64,000 nucleotides of DNA from Mycetocola sp. (GTDB lineage: Bacteria > Actinomycetota > Actinomycetes > Actinomycetales > Microbacteriaceae): assembly GCF_025464835.1 (NCBI RefSeq), contig NZ_JAODMP010000096.1, positions 8,755 through 72,754 on the forward strand, read 5' to 3'. Both the position numbers and the translations under genes were made by a program. This document shows positions 26,191 through 35,009 of the stretch, one piece after another; the stretch's first letter is position 1, and the number at the start of each line of letters is the position of its first letter. The notes below the pieces were generated by a model. That model saw only the letters and a list, made by a program, of their open reading frames with translations. It was not told where the DNA came from and ran no database searches.

Positions 26191-27330
26191 TTAGAGCTTG
26201 ACGCCCTTCGCGGCCATGAACGGCACCGGGTTGGTGAAGTCGCCATTGATGCGGATCTTGAGGTCGAGGTGGCATCCGCTCACGACGCCCGTTGCGCCGA
26301 CGTTCGCGACAACCGTGCCCGGTTCGACCAGCTGGCCGGAGGAGACCTTGAATGACCCGCTCTGCACGTGGCCGTAGATGGACTCGACTCCGCCGCCGTG
26401 ATCGACGATGACGCGCTGTCCGTAGGCTCCGGCCGAACCGGTGAAGGTGACCCGCCCGGCGGATACCGCCTTGACAGGAGTCCCGCAGCTCGCGCTGAAG
26501 TCGACGCCGTCGTGGAAGGAGTTGGAGCAGCCCGCCCCATTGCAGATGAGCCCGCGAGGGCCGTAGGGCGACGAGATCGGTCCTGCAACCGGCCGGATCC
26601 AGGTGCCGTCGCCACCGGTGAAGACTGGATAGTCTGCGGTGTTCTCGCCTGACTTGGGGCGACTGGCGGCGAGTTTGGCTGCCTCTGCCGCGGCGGCCGC
26701 AGCTGCCTTCGCTGCCTCTGCCGCGCGGAGCTCCTCTGCCGACGTCGCTGAGTAACCATCGCGCACGAGGGCTGGCCGGGTCCAGGTCGGCACGGTGAGC
26801 GACTGGGCGCCGGTGTCGTGGATCGGAGCAACCGAGACGGCGTCCTCCGACGTGAAGGCGTAGGCCGGAAGGGCGACGGTACCGAAGATCGACGGCACAG
26901 CGATCGCGACGACCAGAAGGGAACGGATCGACTTCCAGCGGGACTGCTTGGGCACGGTGCGGACCGATGCAGGCGCCGGGGTTGCTGCCATTCGGGCGGC
27001 CAGCCGAGCGCGGGACGGAACCGGGGGCATGGAAATGGTCGGCACCGCCGCCGTTACGGGGTCAACGACCGGCTCCACATCGACCATCACGACGGGTTGA
27101 GCGGCGTCAGCCGGCTCCTCGTGGTCATCGGTCTCGATCGGCTCGGCGGTCTCAGAGTCGGCACTCTGCTCGACGGCAACGACGGTCGAACCCTCCGCTG
27201 GCGCACCGGTCGAAGAGGCCGAGCGGGCAGCAGCCCGCAGGCTCCTGCGGGTGGGGAGGGCGGTCGTCAGGTCGAGCGCGGATTCGCCGCCACTGCCGTT
27301 GTCTGGCTCGCGGCTGCTCTCGTCACTCAT
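26191..27330 (-). CDS. M23 family peptidoglycan metalloendopeptidase
   Basis: It has a low-complexity N-terminal half, one TM segment (SLLVVAIAVPSIFGTVALPAYA) and a C-terminal LytM domain: FHDGVDFSASCGTPVKAVSAGRVTF...VIVDHGGGVESIYGHV...GATGVVSGCHLDLKI. The ATG at 27330 is preceded by a GGAG RBS. Confidence 0.9.
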   Translation of the reverse strand: MSDESSREPDNGSGGESALDLTTALPTRRSLRAAARSASSTGAPAEGSTVVAVEQSADSETAEPIETDDHEEPADAAQPVVMVDVEPVVDPVTAAVPTISMPPVPSRARLAARMAATPAPASVRTVPKQSRWKSIRSLLVVAIAVPSIFGTVALPAYAFTSEDAVSVAPIHDTGAQSLTVPTWTRPALVRDGYSATSAEELRAAEAAKAAAAAAAEAAKLAASRPKSGENTADYPVFTGGDGTWIRPVAGPISSPYGPRGLICNGAGCSNSFHDGVDFSASCGTPVKAVSAGRVTFTGSAGAYGQRVIVDHGGGVESIYGHVQSGSFKVSSGQLVEPGTVVANVGATGVVSGCHLDLKIRINGDFTNPVPFMAAKGVKL

Positions 27331-27542
27331 CAAATATCTCCGTGCGTGGCGGCGACACGACCCGGAGCATCCGTTTTCTGATGCTCCCGACCGTCTCCCT
27401 CACGCAAACGTTCTAGGGCGGGCGGCGGGCAAATTGAGCCGCGCCTCACTTTCGGGTTCAACCGAGGTTACTAGATCCTTCCTGAGAGGACCATCCCAGT
27501 TCGGGTGGTCTGCCCGTCGTCGAACGAGTAGCGTCGTGATTC

Positions 27543-28067
27543 GTGGCCGTAATACTGAACGAACCGTCGTTTGAGGACGCCGCCGATCTCGGCCGCGTCC
27601 ACCAGCAATGCTGGGTCGAAACGTACAAGGGACTCGTTCCGCCGGAGTTCTGGGAGCACTCCACCGAAGCACGCCGAATCGGGATGTGGGAGCGGATGCT
27701 ACGCCGAAGCGAACCGCAACGCCGCCTGGTAGTCGCCGAGGTCGATGGCAACATCGTCGGGTTCGCACTCGCCGGTGCGACCCTGTCGAGGGAACACCCG
27801 GGCGCCCCACCCGCCGAGGCGCTCGAAGTCCGCATGCTGTATCTCAAACGGTCGCACCACGGCAGTGGGATCGGACAGCACCTGCTCGACTCCGTGCTCT
27901 TTGCCGGCGAAGCGGCCCAGCTCTGGGTGGCCGAAGGGAATCCTCGAGCGCAGGCCTTCTACCGCAGGAACGGCTTCGCGGCCGACGGCATCCGTGACGC
28001 GAGACCGCACCAGGGAACCGACCTGACAGCAATCCGGATGCTGCGGCGCGCGTCGGTTGCGCGCTGA
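27543..28067 (+). CDS. GNAT family N-acetyltransferase
   Basis: 174 aa with VAEVDGNIVGFALAG...MLYLKRSHHGSGIGQHLLDSVL...LWVAEGNPRAQAFYRRNGFAADG (acetyl-CoA binding motif A). Confidence 0.88.
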   Translation: MAVILNEPSFEDAADLGRVHQQCWVETYKGLVPPEFWEHSTEARRIGMWERMLRRSEPQRRLVVAEVDGNIVGFALAGATLSREHPGAPPAEALEVRMLYLKRSHHGSGIGQHLLDSVLFAGEAAQLWVAEGNPRAQAFYRRNGFAADGIRDARPHQGTDLTAIRMLRRASVAR

Positions 28068-28177
28068 CCTCACCGGATTCCGCGGAGAGGTTGCGGCGAG
28101 CCGGACCCGGGCGGGGTCGACGTACGGCACGATATTAGGCAGGCGTCAGCCATGAGCCACCGGGCTCGAACGAGGGT

Positions 28178-29332
28178 GTGGGGACCATGCGCAAGAGAAA
28201 ACAGACCGCCGAGATCAACCAGGCCGACATCAAACCGGATGTCGCCGTGCAACGCGGCGCGGGAGCGGCCGGTTTCAGCATCGCTGCTTTCCGCATCGGC
28301 CTCGTCGGCGGGCTGGGCGTGCTCACAGCAATGCTCATCGGCGGTATCCTCGGTCAGCTGGGCACCGTCCTCATCTATATCGGTCTGGCTCTGTTCCTTG
28401 CCCTCGGCCTCGACCCTCTCGTCACCTGGCTGGAGAAGCGCATCCAGCGCGGCGTCGCCATCGCGCTCGTCGTTCTCGCGGTACTCGGAATCTTCGCCGG
28501 GCTCCTGTTCGCTGTGATCCCGGTACTCGTCGAGCAGGCTTCCAACCTCGTCGACGACTTCCCGCGCGTACAGAGGGAGATCGAGGAGAGTGACTTCATC
28601 AAGGGACTCGAAGGCGCCTTCGGCGGGTCGCTCAGCATCAGCGATGCACTCTCGAGCGCCATCCAATTCATCAGCGACCCGAAGAACCTCGTCGCAATCG
28701 GCGGCGGGCTCGCGGCGGTGGGTGCCGGGGTCGCCAGTGGGGTGACGGGTGCGGTCATCGTCCTGATCCTCACGCTGTACTTCCTCGCTTCCCTGCGCTC
28801 GATGAAGGGCATCGCCTACCGATTCGTGCCCGAATACCGCCGGGTCGGCTTCGCGAAGATCACCGAAGAGATCACCGGGGCGGTCGGTCGTTATGTCGTC
28901 GGGCAGCTCAGCCTGGCCGCCTGCAACGGCATCCTCAGTCTCATCTTTCTGTCGATCATCGGCGCTCCGCTCCCGTTCCTGCTCGCGATGATCGCGTTCC
29001 TCGGCTCGCTCATCCCGCTCGTCGGCACGCTGACGGCGTCGGTCATCAACACCGTCATCTGCCTGTTCGTCTCGCCGGTGACGGCGCTGTTCGCCGGCAT
29101 CTACTACCTCATCTACATGCAGATCGAGGCCTACGTGTTAAGCCCGCGCATCATGAACCGCGCGGTCGCAGTGCCAGGAGCTCTCGTCGTCATTGCCGCC
29201 GTTGCCGGAGGTGCGATCGGCGGCGTGCTCGGAGCCCTCGTCGCGATACCGGTTGCGGCATCCGCGATCATCATCGTGCAGAAGGTCATCTTCCCGCTGC
29301 AGGACTCGAAGAAGTCACCGAGCGGGGTCTGA
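28178..29332 (+). CDS. AI-2E family (PerM/UPF0118) transporter
   Basis: 384 aa polytopic membrane protein with family-typical segments (LTLYFLASL...; VGQLSLAACNGILSLIFLSIIGAPLPFLLAMIAFLGSLIPLVGT...; GALVAIPVAA). Confidence 0.85.
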   Translation: MGTMRKRKQTAEINQADIKPDVAVQRGAGAAGFSIAAFRIGLVGGLGVLTAMLIGGILGQLGTVLIYIGLALFLALGLDPLVTWLEKRIQRGVAIALVVLAVLGIFAGLLFAVIPVLVEQASNLVDDFPRVQREIEESDFIKGLEGAFGGSLSISDALSSAIQFISDPKNLVAIGGGLAAVGAGVASGVTGAVIVLILTLYFLASLRSMKGIAYRFVPEYRRVGFAKITEEITGAVGRYVVGQLSLAACNGILSLIFLSIIGAPLPFLLAMIAFLGSLIPLVGTLTASVINTVICLFVSPVTALFAGIYYLIYMQIEAYVLSPRIMNRAVAVPGALVVIAAVAGGAIGGVLGALVAIPVAASAIIIVQKVIFPLQDSKKSPSGV

Positions 29333-29439
29333 GTTCCCCTTTGACCTCGCCGGGCGACCGGAGAACACTCGACGGAGAATCACAACTTTCCGGAGTGATA
29401 CCCGTGACGACCATCGATTTTCCCAGCCTGCACCCTGAC

Positions 29440-29975
29440 GCCCTGGCCTCGGCGGCGGGATCGGCTGGCTGGTGCGGAAGTACGGAATCGCCTTCGACAG
29501 CCTCGTTGAGGTATCCGTCGTCACAGCGGGGAGGAGGCGGCTCCGCGCGAGCGCCGGCGAGAACCCTGAGTCGTTCGGGGGATCCGCGGCGGCGTCGACT
29601 TCGGCGTGATCACCAGCTTGGTCTTCGAGGCGCACCCGCTCCCTGGCGTCTTCGAGGCTCCTGTACGGCGACGGGGATCTGACGCTCCTAGCCCGGTTGG
29701 CGCGGCGATGCGTGCGACGCAGGAGGAACCCAGCACCACCCTTCCTGGCGATGCCGGACTTCCCTGGAATGCCAGGCGGCAGAGAGCTGCTCGTCTGTGA
29801 CGGCGGTGATGACGAGGACGGCGCCCGGTCCACTCTCGCCCCATTGCGCGCGCTCCCTGGCCTGCAGGGCGACGATATAACGTTCACGGCATATGCGAAC
29901 ATCCTCGAGGAAGCCCATCCACCCGAGGGCATGATCATCGTCGGCCCGCTATCAGGGCAGGACGCGGGGCGCCTT
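29440..29975 (+). pseudogene. relic of an FAD-linked oxidase (FAD_binding_4/BBE-like); internal fragment with frameshifts
   Basis: Family-typical peptides are spread over three frames. They are GLGGGIGWLVRKYGIAFDSLVEVSVVTAG..LRASAGENPE, then GGVDFGVITSLVFEAHPLPGVFE, then AMPDFPGMPGGRELLVCDGGDDEDGARSTLAPLRALPGLQGDDITFTAYANILEEAHPPEG. Both the N-terminal FAD-binding part and the C-terminal part are missing. Confidence 0.65.
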
Positions 29976-29981
29976 CCGAGT

Positions 29982-31208
29982 TCAGTCCGACGGCCCCCGC
30001 CGTGCGCGGGCGGAGCGGAGAGCATCCGTTCCGACGAGAAGCACGAAGCCGACTGCAAGAAAGAGCACGAGCGCGATGGGCAGCGACTGGATGCCACTGC
30101 GATCCAGAAGCACACCGCCGAGCAGTGCTCCCCCGCCGATACCGATGTTGAACGCGGTGGTCTGCAACGCCGCCGCGAAATCCCGCGTCCTGAATGACGC
30201 GGTGTGAAGCATCCGTGTCTGCAGCATCGCCGGGAGCCCGCCGAACGCGACACCCCAGACCACGAACGCGACGACGACCACCACGGAGTTCTCCGACCAC
30301 ACCGCGAGGACGAGGACCGAGGCCATCACGCCGATCAGGGCGAGCGCGAAACCGCGCCTGGGGAACCGGTCGGACGCGAAACCGGCCAGCACCAGCCCGA
30401 TCGCACCCGCACCGCCGAAAAGGAAGAGGAGGAACGCGACAGAGGTGTCCGGGAAGCCGGCGGCTTCGATCAGCCAGGGTGCGATGTACGTGTAATACGT
30501 GTTCTGGCCGGTGAGGAAGATCATGATCACAATGCAGAGCAGCACGACCCCGCGCATGCTGCGGTCCTTGTACATCGGCAGGCGGATCTCTCCGGTTCTG
30601 ACCGGAACGTGGTGGTCGACAGGCGGGAGGTACCTCAGTACGGCGAGGGCGAGGAGCACGACGATCGCCGCGATGACGGCGAAGGCGATCCGCCAGCCGA
30701 GAGCGTGCCCGAGCGCCGTCCCGACGGGGACGCCGAGCACGAAAGCGGCGGACGCCCCACCCGACGTGATCGCAACCGCCTTGCCGAGCTGATGTTTCGG
30801 CACAAGATGGGCGGAGTACGCCGCAACGACCGCCCAGAACAGTCCGTGAGCGAGCCCTCCGAGGATGCGGGCGCCGACGAGGATCTCGTACGTCGGCGCG
30901 ATCGCGGCCAGCACATTGGCGAGGGCGACGACGAGCAGGACCACGAAGACGAGGCCTTTGCGGGAGTACTTCCGGGTCAGTGCGGCGAGCGGTGTCGTCG
31001 CGACCACAACGGTGCCGGCGAAGACGGTGACGAGGAGCCCGGCCGTCGACAGGCTCACGTCCAGCTCAGCGGCCATCTCTGGCAGCAGACCGGTCGGCAG
31101 GAACTCACTCGTCACCGAGACGAAGATTGCGCCGGCGAGGGTCAGCAGGCCGATCCAGGGGAAGGCGGGTGCGGCCGAAGCGTTCGTTGCGTTTGTTGGA
31201 GTGGACAC
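29982..31208 (-). CDS. MFS transporter
   Basis: 408 aa with about 12 predicted TM helices and MFS-type loop motifs (for example LTRKYSRKGL after TM2, DRFPRRG after TM8). Confidence 0.88.
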   Translation of the reverse strand: MSTPTNATNASAAPAFPWIGLLTLAGAIFVSVTSEFLPTGLLPEMAAELDVSLSTAGLLVTVFAGTVVVATTPLAALTRKYSRKGLVFVVLLVVALANVLAAIAPTYEILVGARILGGLAHGLFWAVVAAYSAHLVPKHQLGKAVAITSGGASAAFVLGVPVGTALGHALGWRIAFAVIAAIVVLLALAVLRYLPPVDHHVPVRTGEIRLPMYKDRSMRGVVLLCIVIMIFLTGQNTYYTYIAPWLIEAAGFPDTSVAFLLFLFGGAGAIGLVLAGFASDRFPRRGFALALIGVMASVLVLAVWSENSVVVVVAFVVWGVAFGGLPAMLQTRMLHTASFRTRDFAAALQTTAFNIGIGGGALLGGVLLDRSGIQSLPIALVLFLAVGFVLLVGTDALRSARARRGPSD

Positions 31209-31283
31209 AGGCGTCGCCGATCAGATTGTTGGGCGGGGTGCGCAGCGCCGAACTCCGAGGGGCGGCGCGCTAAGCGATACAGC

Positions 31284-31629
31284 CTATTCGACTCCGGGCC
31301 GGGAACGGTGACGGTGCAGACCCACCTCGTGGGCCCCGTGCAACAGCTCCAGGAAGCGGCCTCCGAAATCCTCCGGCCGCGCCAGCCGGAAGTTGTCGTC
31401 ATCGTTGCGCGGGGAGAGCTCCCGGGTGCATGGCACGAGCGGATGCTCCACCCACCTCGCGAGGACGAGGGTCCGTCACGCCAGTCTTCGCGCGGCTGCA
31501 ACGCGGCGGAGCTCATCCGTGTCCAAGATCGAGCCGCCCCGGCAGTCACGTAATCCCGTACGTTCATGCCCCCGCCGAGAGCGACGATTGCCACCCGCTC
31601 CTGTTCGAGGCCGCGGCGACGCACGCAAT
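31284..31629 (-). pseudogene. possible relic of an alpha/beta-hydrolase gene (frameshifted; nucleophile motif lost)
   Basis: Minus-strand fragments in different frames resemble the family. LLHCVRRRGLEQERVAIVALGGGMNVRDYVTAG resembles the region around the nucleophile elbow, but Gly-x-Ser-x-Gly is absent. TLVLARWVEHPLVP...ARPEDFGGRFLELLHG resembles the C-terminal end. No intact ORF remains. Confidence 0.35.
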
Positions 31630-31696
31630 GCAGGAGATCGCACGATTAACAGGACAGAAACCCCGAAAGCATCCTGCACATCGTGCGATCTCCTGC
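31630..31696. repeat. perfect 17-bp inverted repeat with nested 5-bp stem
   Basis: GCAGGAGATCGCACGAT (31630-31646) and ATCGTGCGATCTCCTGC (31680-31696) are exact reverse complements separated by 33 nt. Inside the loop, CAGGA (31650-31654) pairs with TCCTG (31672-31676). A third partial copy AATCGTGCG follows at 31698-31706. Confidence 0.9.
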
Positions 31697-31835
31697 TAAT
31701 CGTGCGCCCCGGCGGCCAACCAACGCAGGCGGGCGACGGAGCCCTGCGCTGAGGGTGTGGTCGCGCACCGATGGGCGCCGGTGCCGGGCTCCGCCGCCCG
31801 CCGTCCCCCACCGCTATCGGCCGATCCGCCCCAGC

Positions 31836-32372
31836 TCATGCCCCCGCGGGCGGCTCGGCAAGCAGCTCCACCCGGTCAGCGAGGTACGACGCGAGATCGA
31901 CCGCATCCGCATCGCTCGTGTTGGCATTCCAGCGCACTCGCGGCCGGTCGCCCTCGACGAACAGGCGCCCGATCGAGTTGCGGAGCTCGTCGACGTCGAG
32001 CGTCACAGGCACCGCATCGAAGTTGACGGTCTCCCCGTGCGGAAAGCGCCCACGGGATGCCGCGGCGCGGTACGCACGGCGCCGCTCGGCCGACTGGGAC
32101 TGGTAGCCCGGGCGCCCGGGCTCCAGAGCACGGGTGGCTTGGCCTGTCTCATACAACGTCGCGTCCTCACCGAGGAGGAACACACCCAGTCGCCAGATGC
32201 GACCTTTCGACCGCAACACCGCCGGGCGCGGGACGAGAAGCACCCGGTGTTCCGGGACATATTCGGCGAGCGCCTCAGTGCGTGCGCCCGCACTCCTCAA
32301 CCGTTGCACCGCCTCTTCGAGGAGGGCCTGAATCTCAGCGGCGATCCGCTCATTGTCGCCGGCGGCGGGCAT
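31836..32372 (-). CDS. hypothetical protein
   Basis: 178-aa ORF with GC-rich third codon positions and balanced composition. No motif recognised. Confidence 0.55.
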   Translation of the reverse strand: MPAAGDNERIAAEIQALLEEAVQRLRSAGARTEALAEYVPEHRVLLVPRPAVLRSKGRIWRLGVFLLGEDATLYETGQATRALEPGRPGYQSQSAERRRAYRAAASRGRFPHGETVNFDAVPVTLDVDELRNSIGRLFVEGDRPRVRWNANTSDADAVDLASYLADRVELLAEPPAGA

Positions 32373-32767
32373 CAGCGCCCGAACTCGGGCGACGGCGCTG
32401 GGAACCGACTCATGCGACTCAGCCTACCGAGGCGCCCGAAAGGGCGAGCCGAGTCTGGAGAATTTCGCTGGCTACGTCCTGGATGGGGCGAATATGTCCG
32501 ACCAACGGGGCGATCGACAGAGGGGTCTGCGGATGCCGGATCCTGAGAACATCTCCTCCTTTCTCGCGGTGACAGCGACGCTGGGTTCGTCCCGGCCCGG
32601 CACAAACGTCCTTCGTCGCGGGCGCTTTCCTCGGGGACGACTGCAGCCGTCCGGTCAACGGCTGCTCAACGCCGTCGGCTCCGGGATAGTTCTGACGCTC
32701 GGCAGCGCGGCGGTGGCCGCTGCGGCGATTCCCCGGTCACCAGCTGACAGGACGGATGCCCCGCTGC

Positions 32768-32977
32768 TCAGAGCTTCGTGAGCGCAGTCCCCTTGTGCAT
32801 CGCGTCATGCCCGGTCTTATCACTCGTGACTTCGTATTGGGGTTCCTCGGGGCTGCACCGGCGGGTGCGGCCCTTGAACTCAACGTCTTTTGTGTGGACC
32901 TTGATGATGCGCCCTTCGACCTCACCGCCCTCCGAGTTCCAGCGCACATGGTCGCCAACCGAGAATCTGGTCGTCAT
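32768..32977 (-). CDS. DUF2945 (hypervirulence-associated Tudor-like) domain protein
   Basis: 69 aa. FSVGDHVRWNSEGGEVEGRIIKVHTKDVEFKGRTRRCSPEEPQYEVTSDKTGHDAMHKGTALTKL matches the DUF2945 pattern. Confidence 0.8.
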   Translation of the reverse strand: MTTRFSVGDHVRWNSEGGEVEGRIIKVHTKDVEFKGRTRRCSPEEPQYEVTSDKTGHDAMHKGTALTKL

Positions 32978-33000
32978 GGTTACTCCTCCGTGCCATAACC

Positions 33001-33729
33001 TCAGGCCACCATGGCCCTCAAGGTGTCGGCGTTCCTCACAGCATTACCGCCGCCGTCGTTGTTGAAGTAGACGTAGACATCCGCCCCGCCATCCCGCCAC
33101 TCGCGGATGTGATCCGCCCACCACCGCAGGTCGTCGTCGGAGTACGAACCGCCGTACAGGTGGTCGTGGTCCGGACCGTGCATGCGCACGTAGGCAACCG
33201 GTGAGGTCACCCGGAGGATGCACGGCAGATTCGCACCGCTCATCACGCAATACGCGGCACCTCGGGCCTCGAGCAGGCGGAACACCGCCTCGTCGTTCCA
33301 GCTCGGATGCCGGAACTCCACGGCCACCGGGATCCAGCTCGGCATCCGGCGGAGGAAGTAATCGAGCCGGGCATCGTCTCGCACCATTCCCGGCGGCAAC
33401 TGCACGAGCAGCACCGCCCGCTTGTCTCCCAGCTCATGCCAGCTCCCCGCGATGCGGTCGATCCAGGCATCCGGTTCGTACAGTTTCTTCCCGTGGGTGA
33501 GACCGCGCGGCGCCTTCACCGAGAGCCGGAAGCCCGGCGGCAGCCGTGTGCGCCAGCTCGCGAACGACGCGTCCCTCGGCCAGCGGTAGAAACTCGCGTT
33601 CAGTTCCACCGTGTCGAACCGGGCGACGTAGTGCGCCAGCCGGCGCCAGGGTGGAAGGTCATCGGGGTAGAGCACATGCGCCCAGTGGTCATAGCTCCAC
33701 CCGGATGTTCCGATCGCGATGCTCCCCAT
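33001..33729 (-). CDS. DUF72 (UPF0759) family protein
   Basis: The ATG at 33729 gives MGSIAIGTSGWSYDHWAHVLYP...FDTVELNASFYRWP...YVYFNND, the diagnostic DUF72 motifs. Confidence 0.88.
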   Translation of the reverse strand: MGSIAIGTSGWSYDHWAHVLYPDDLPPWRRLAHYVARFDTVELNASFYRWPRDASFASWRTRLPPGFRLSVKAPRGLTHGKKLYEPDAWIDRIAGSWHELGDKRAVLLVQLPPGMVRDDARLDYFLRRMPSWIPVAVEFRHPSWNDEAVFRLLEARGAAYCVMSGANLPCILRVTSPVAYVRMHGPDHDHLYGGSYSDDDLRWWADHIREWRDGGADVYVYFNNDGGGNAVRNADTLRAMVA

Positions 33730-33847
33730 CTGCCCACCGTATAAGGCGGCACTGGACGCGCCACAACCCCCTTGCCGCATCGAATGCACCCGGGCACGCT
33801 AGCCCTCACGACAGAAGGACACGGCAACGAACGAGCGGAGGATACGG

Positions 33848-34999
33848 ATGCGCGCGATGGTGTACCGCGGGCCGTACAAGGTCCGGGTCGAAGAGAAGGA
33901 CATTCCGCCCATCGAACACCCGAACGACGCGATCATCCGCGTGACTCTCGCGGCAATCTGCGGATCCGACCTTCACCTGTACCACGGCATGATGCCGGAC
34001 ACCCGGGTCGGCATGACATTCGGGCATGAGTTCATCGGGGTGGTGGAGGACGTCGGCTCATCGGTTCAGAACCTCAAGCGCGGCGACCGGGTGATGGTCC
34101 CCTTCAATGTCTATTGCGGCTCCTGCTATTTCTGCGCCAGAGGCCTCTATTCGAACTGCCACAACGTGAATCCGAACGCGACGGCGGTCGGTGGGATCTA
34201 CGGTTATTCGCACACCTGCGGAGGTTACGACGGCGGTCAGGCCGAATACGTGCGTGTTCCGTTCGCGGATGTCGGCCCGGCGTTGATCCCCGAGTGGATG
34301 GACGACGAAGACGCCCTGCTGTGCACGGATGCTCTCGCGACCGGCTACTTCGGCGCCCAGCTCGGTGACATCTCCGAGGGCGACACAGTCGCTGTCTTCG
34401 GTGCAGGACCCGTCGGCCTGTTCGCCGCGAAGTCAGCCTGGCTGATGGGTGCCGGGCGGGTGATGGTGATCGATCACCTCGAGTACCGGTTGGAGAAGGC
34501 ACGCACCTTCGCCCACGCCGAAACGTTCAACTTCGCTGAGTATGACGACATCGTCGTGCAGATGAAGAAGACGACCGACTACCTGGGCGCCGACGTCGCC
34601 ATCGATGCGGTGGGAGCAGAGGCGGACGGGAACCTCATCCAACACCTGACGTCCGCCAAGTTCAAGCTGCAGGGCGGGTCGCCGGTCGCTTTGAACTGGG
34701 CGATCGACTCGGTTCGGAAGGGAGGCACCGTGTCGGTGATGGGCGCATATGGGCCGATGTTCAGCGCCGTGAAATTCGGGGATGCCTTCAACAAGGGCCT
34801 TACCCTGCGGATGAACCAGGCCCCGGTGAAGCGGCAGTGGCCGCGCCTGTTCGAGCACATCCAGAACGGGTACCTGAAGCCGAGCGACATCGTCACACAC
34901 CACATCCCTCTCGAGCACATCGCCGAGGGATACCACATCTTCTCCGCCAAGCTCGATGACTGTATCAAGCCGGTCATCGTGCCGAGCGCGAGCGCGTAG
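33848..34999 (+). CDS. zinc-dependent alcohol/formaldehyde dehydrogenase (glutathione-independent FDH-like)
   Basis: 383 aa with the catalytic Zn motif AICGSDLHLY...GHEFIGVVEDVG, the structural Zn Cys cluster CGSCYFCARGLYSNC, and the Rossmann motif VAVFGAGPVGL. Confidence 0.9.
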   Translation: MRAMVYRGPYKVRVEEKDIPPIEHPNDAIIRVTLAAICGSDLHLYHGMMPDTRVGMTFGHEFIGVVEDVGSSVQNLKRGDRVMVPFNVYCGSCYFCARGLYSNCHNVNPNATAVGGIYGYSHTCGGYDGGQAEYVRVPFADVGPALIPEWMDDEDALLCTDALATGYFGAQLGDISEGDTVAVFGAGPVGLFAAKSAWLMGAGRVMVIDHLEYRLEKARTFAHAETFNFAEYDDIVVQMKKTTDYLGADVAIDAVGAEADGNLIQHLTSAKFKLQGGSPVALNWAIDSVRKGGTVSVMGAYGPMFSAVKFGDAFNKGLTLRMNQAPVKRQWPRLFEHIQNGYLKPSDIVTHHIPLEHIAEGYHIFSAKLDDCIKPVIVPSASA

Positions 35000-35009
35000 G
35001 AGGGACGTC

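Noticed and set aside
26191-27330. M23 peptidase as a dedicated flagellar (FlgJ-like) hydrolase, because it abuts the flagellar cluster
   Set aside because: It has its own TM anchor and a long leader, lies upstream of (not within) the flgN promoter unit, and has no rod-binding-like region. Adjacency alone is insufficient.
30204-31553. 449-aa plus-strand ORF
   Set aside because: It is antisense to the MFS transporter gene and runs on into the relic region. The composition is extremely Arg/Asp/Glu/Gly-rich, with no motifs.
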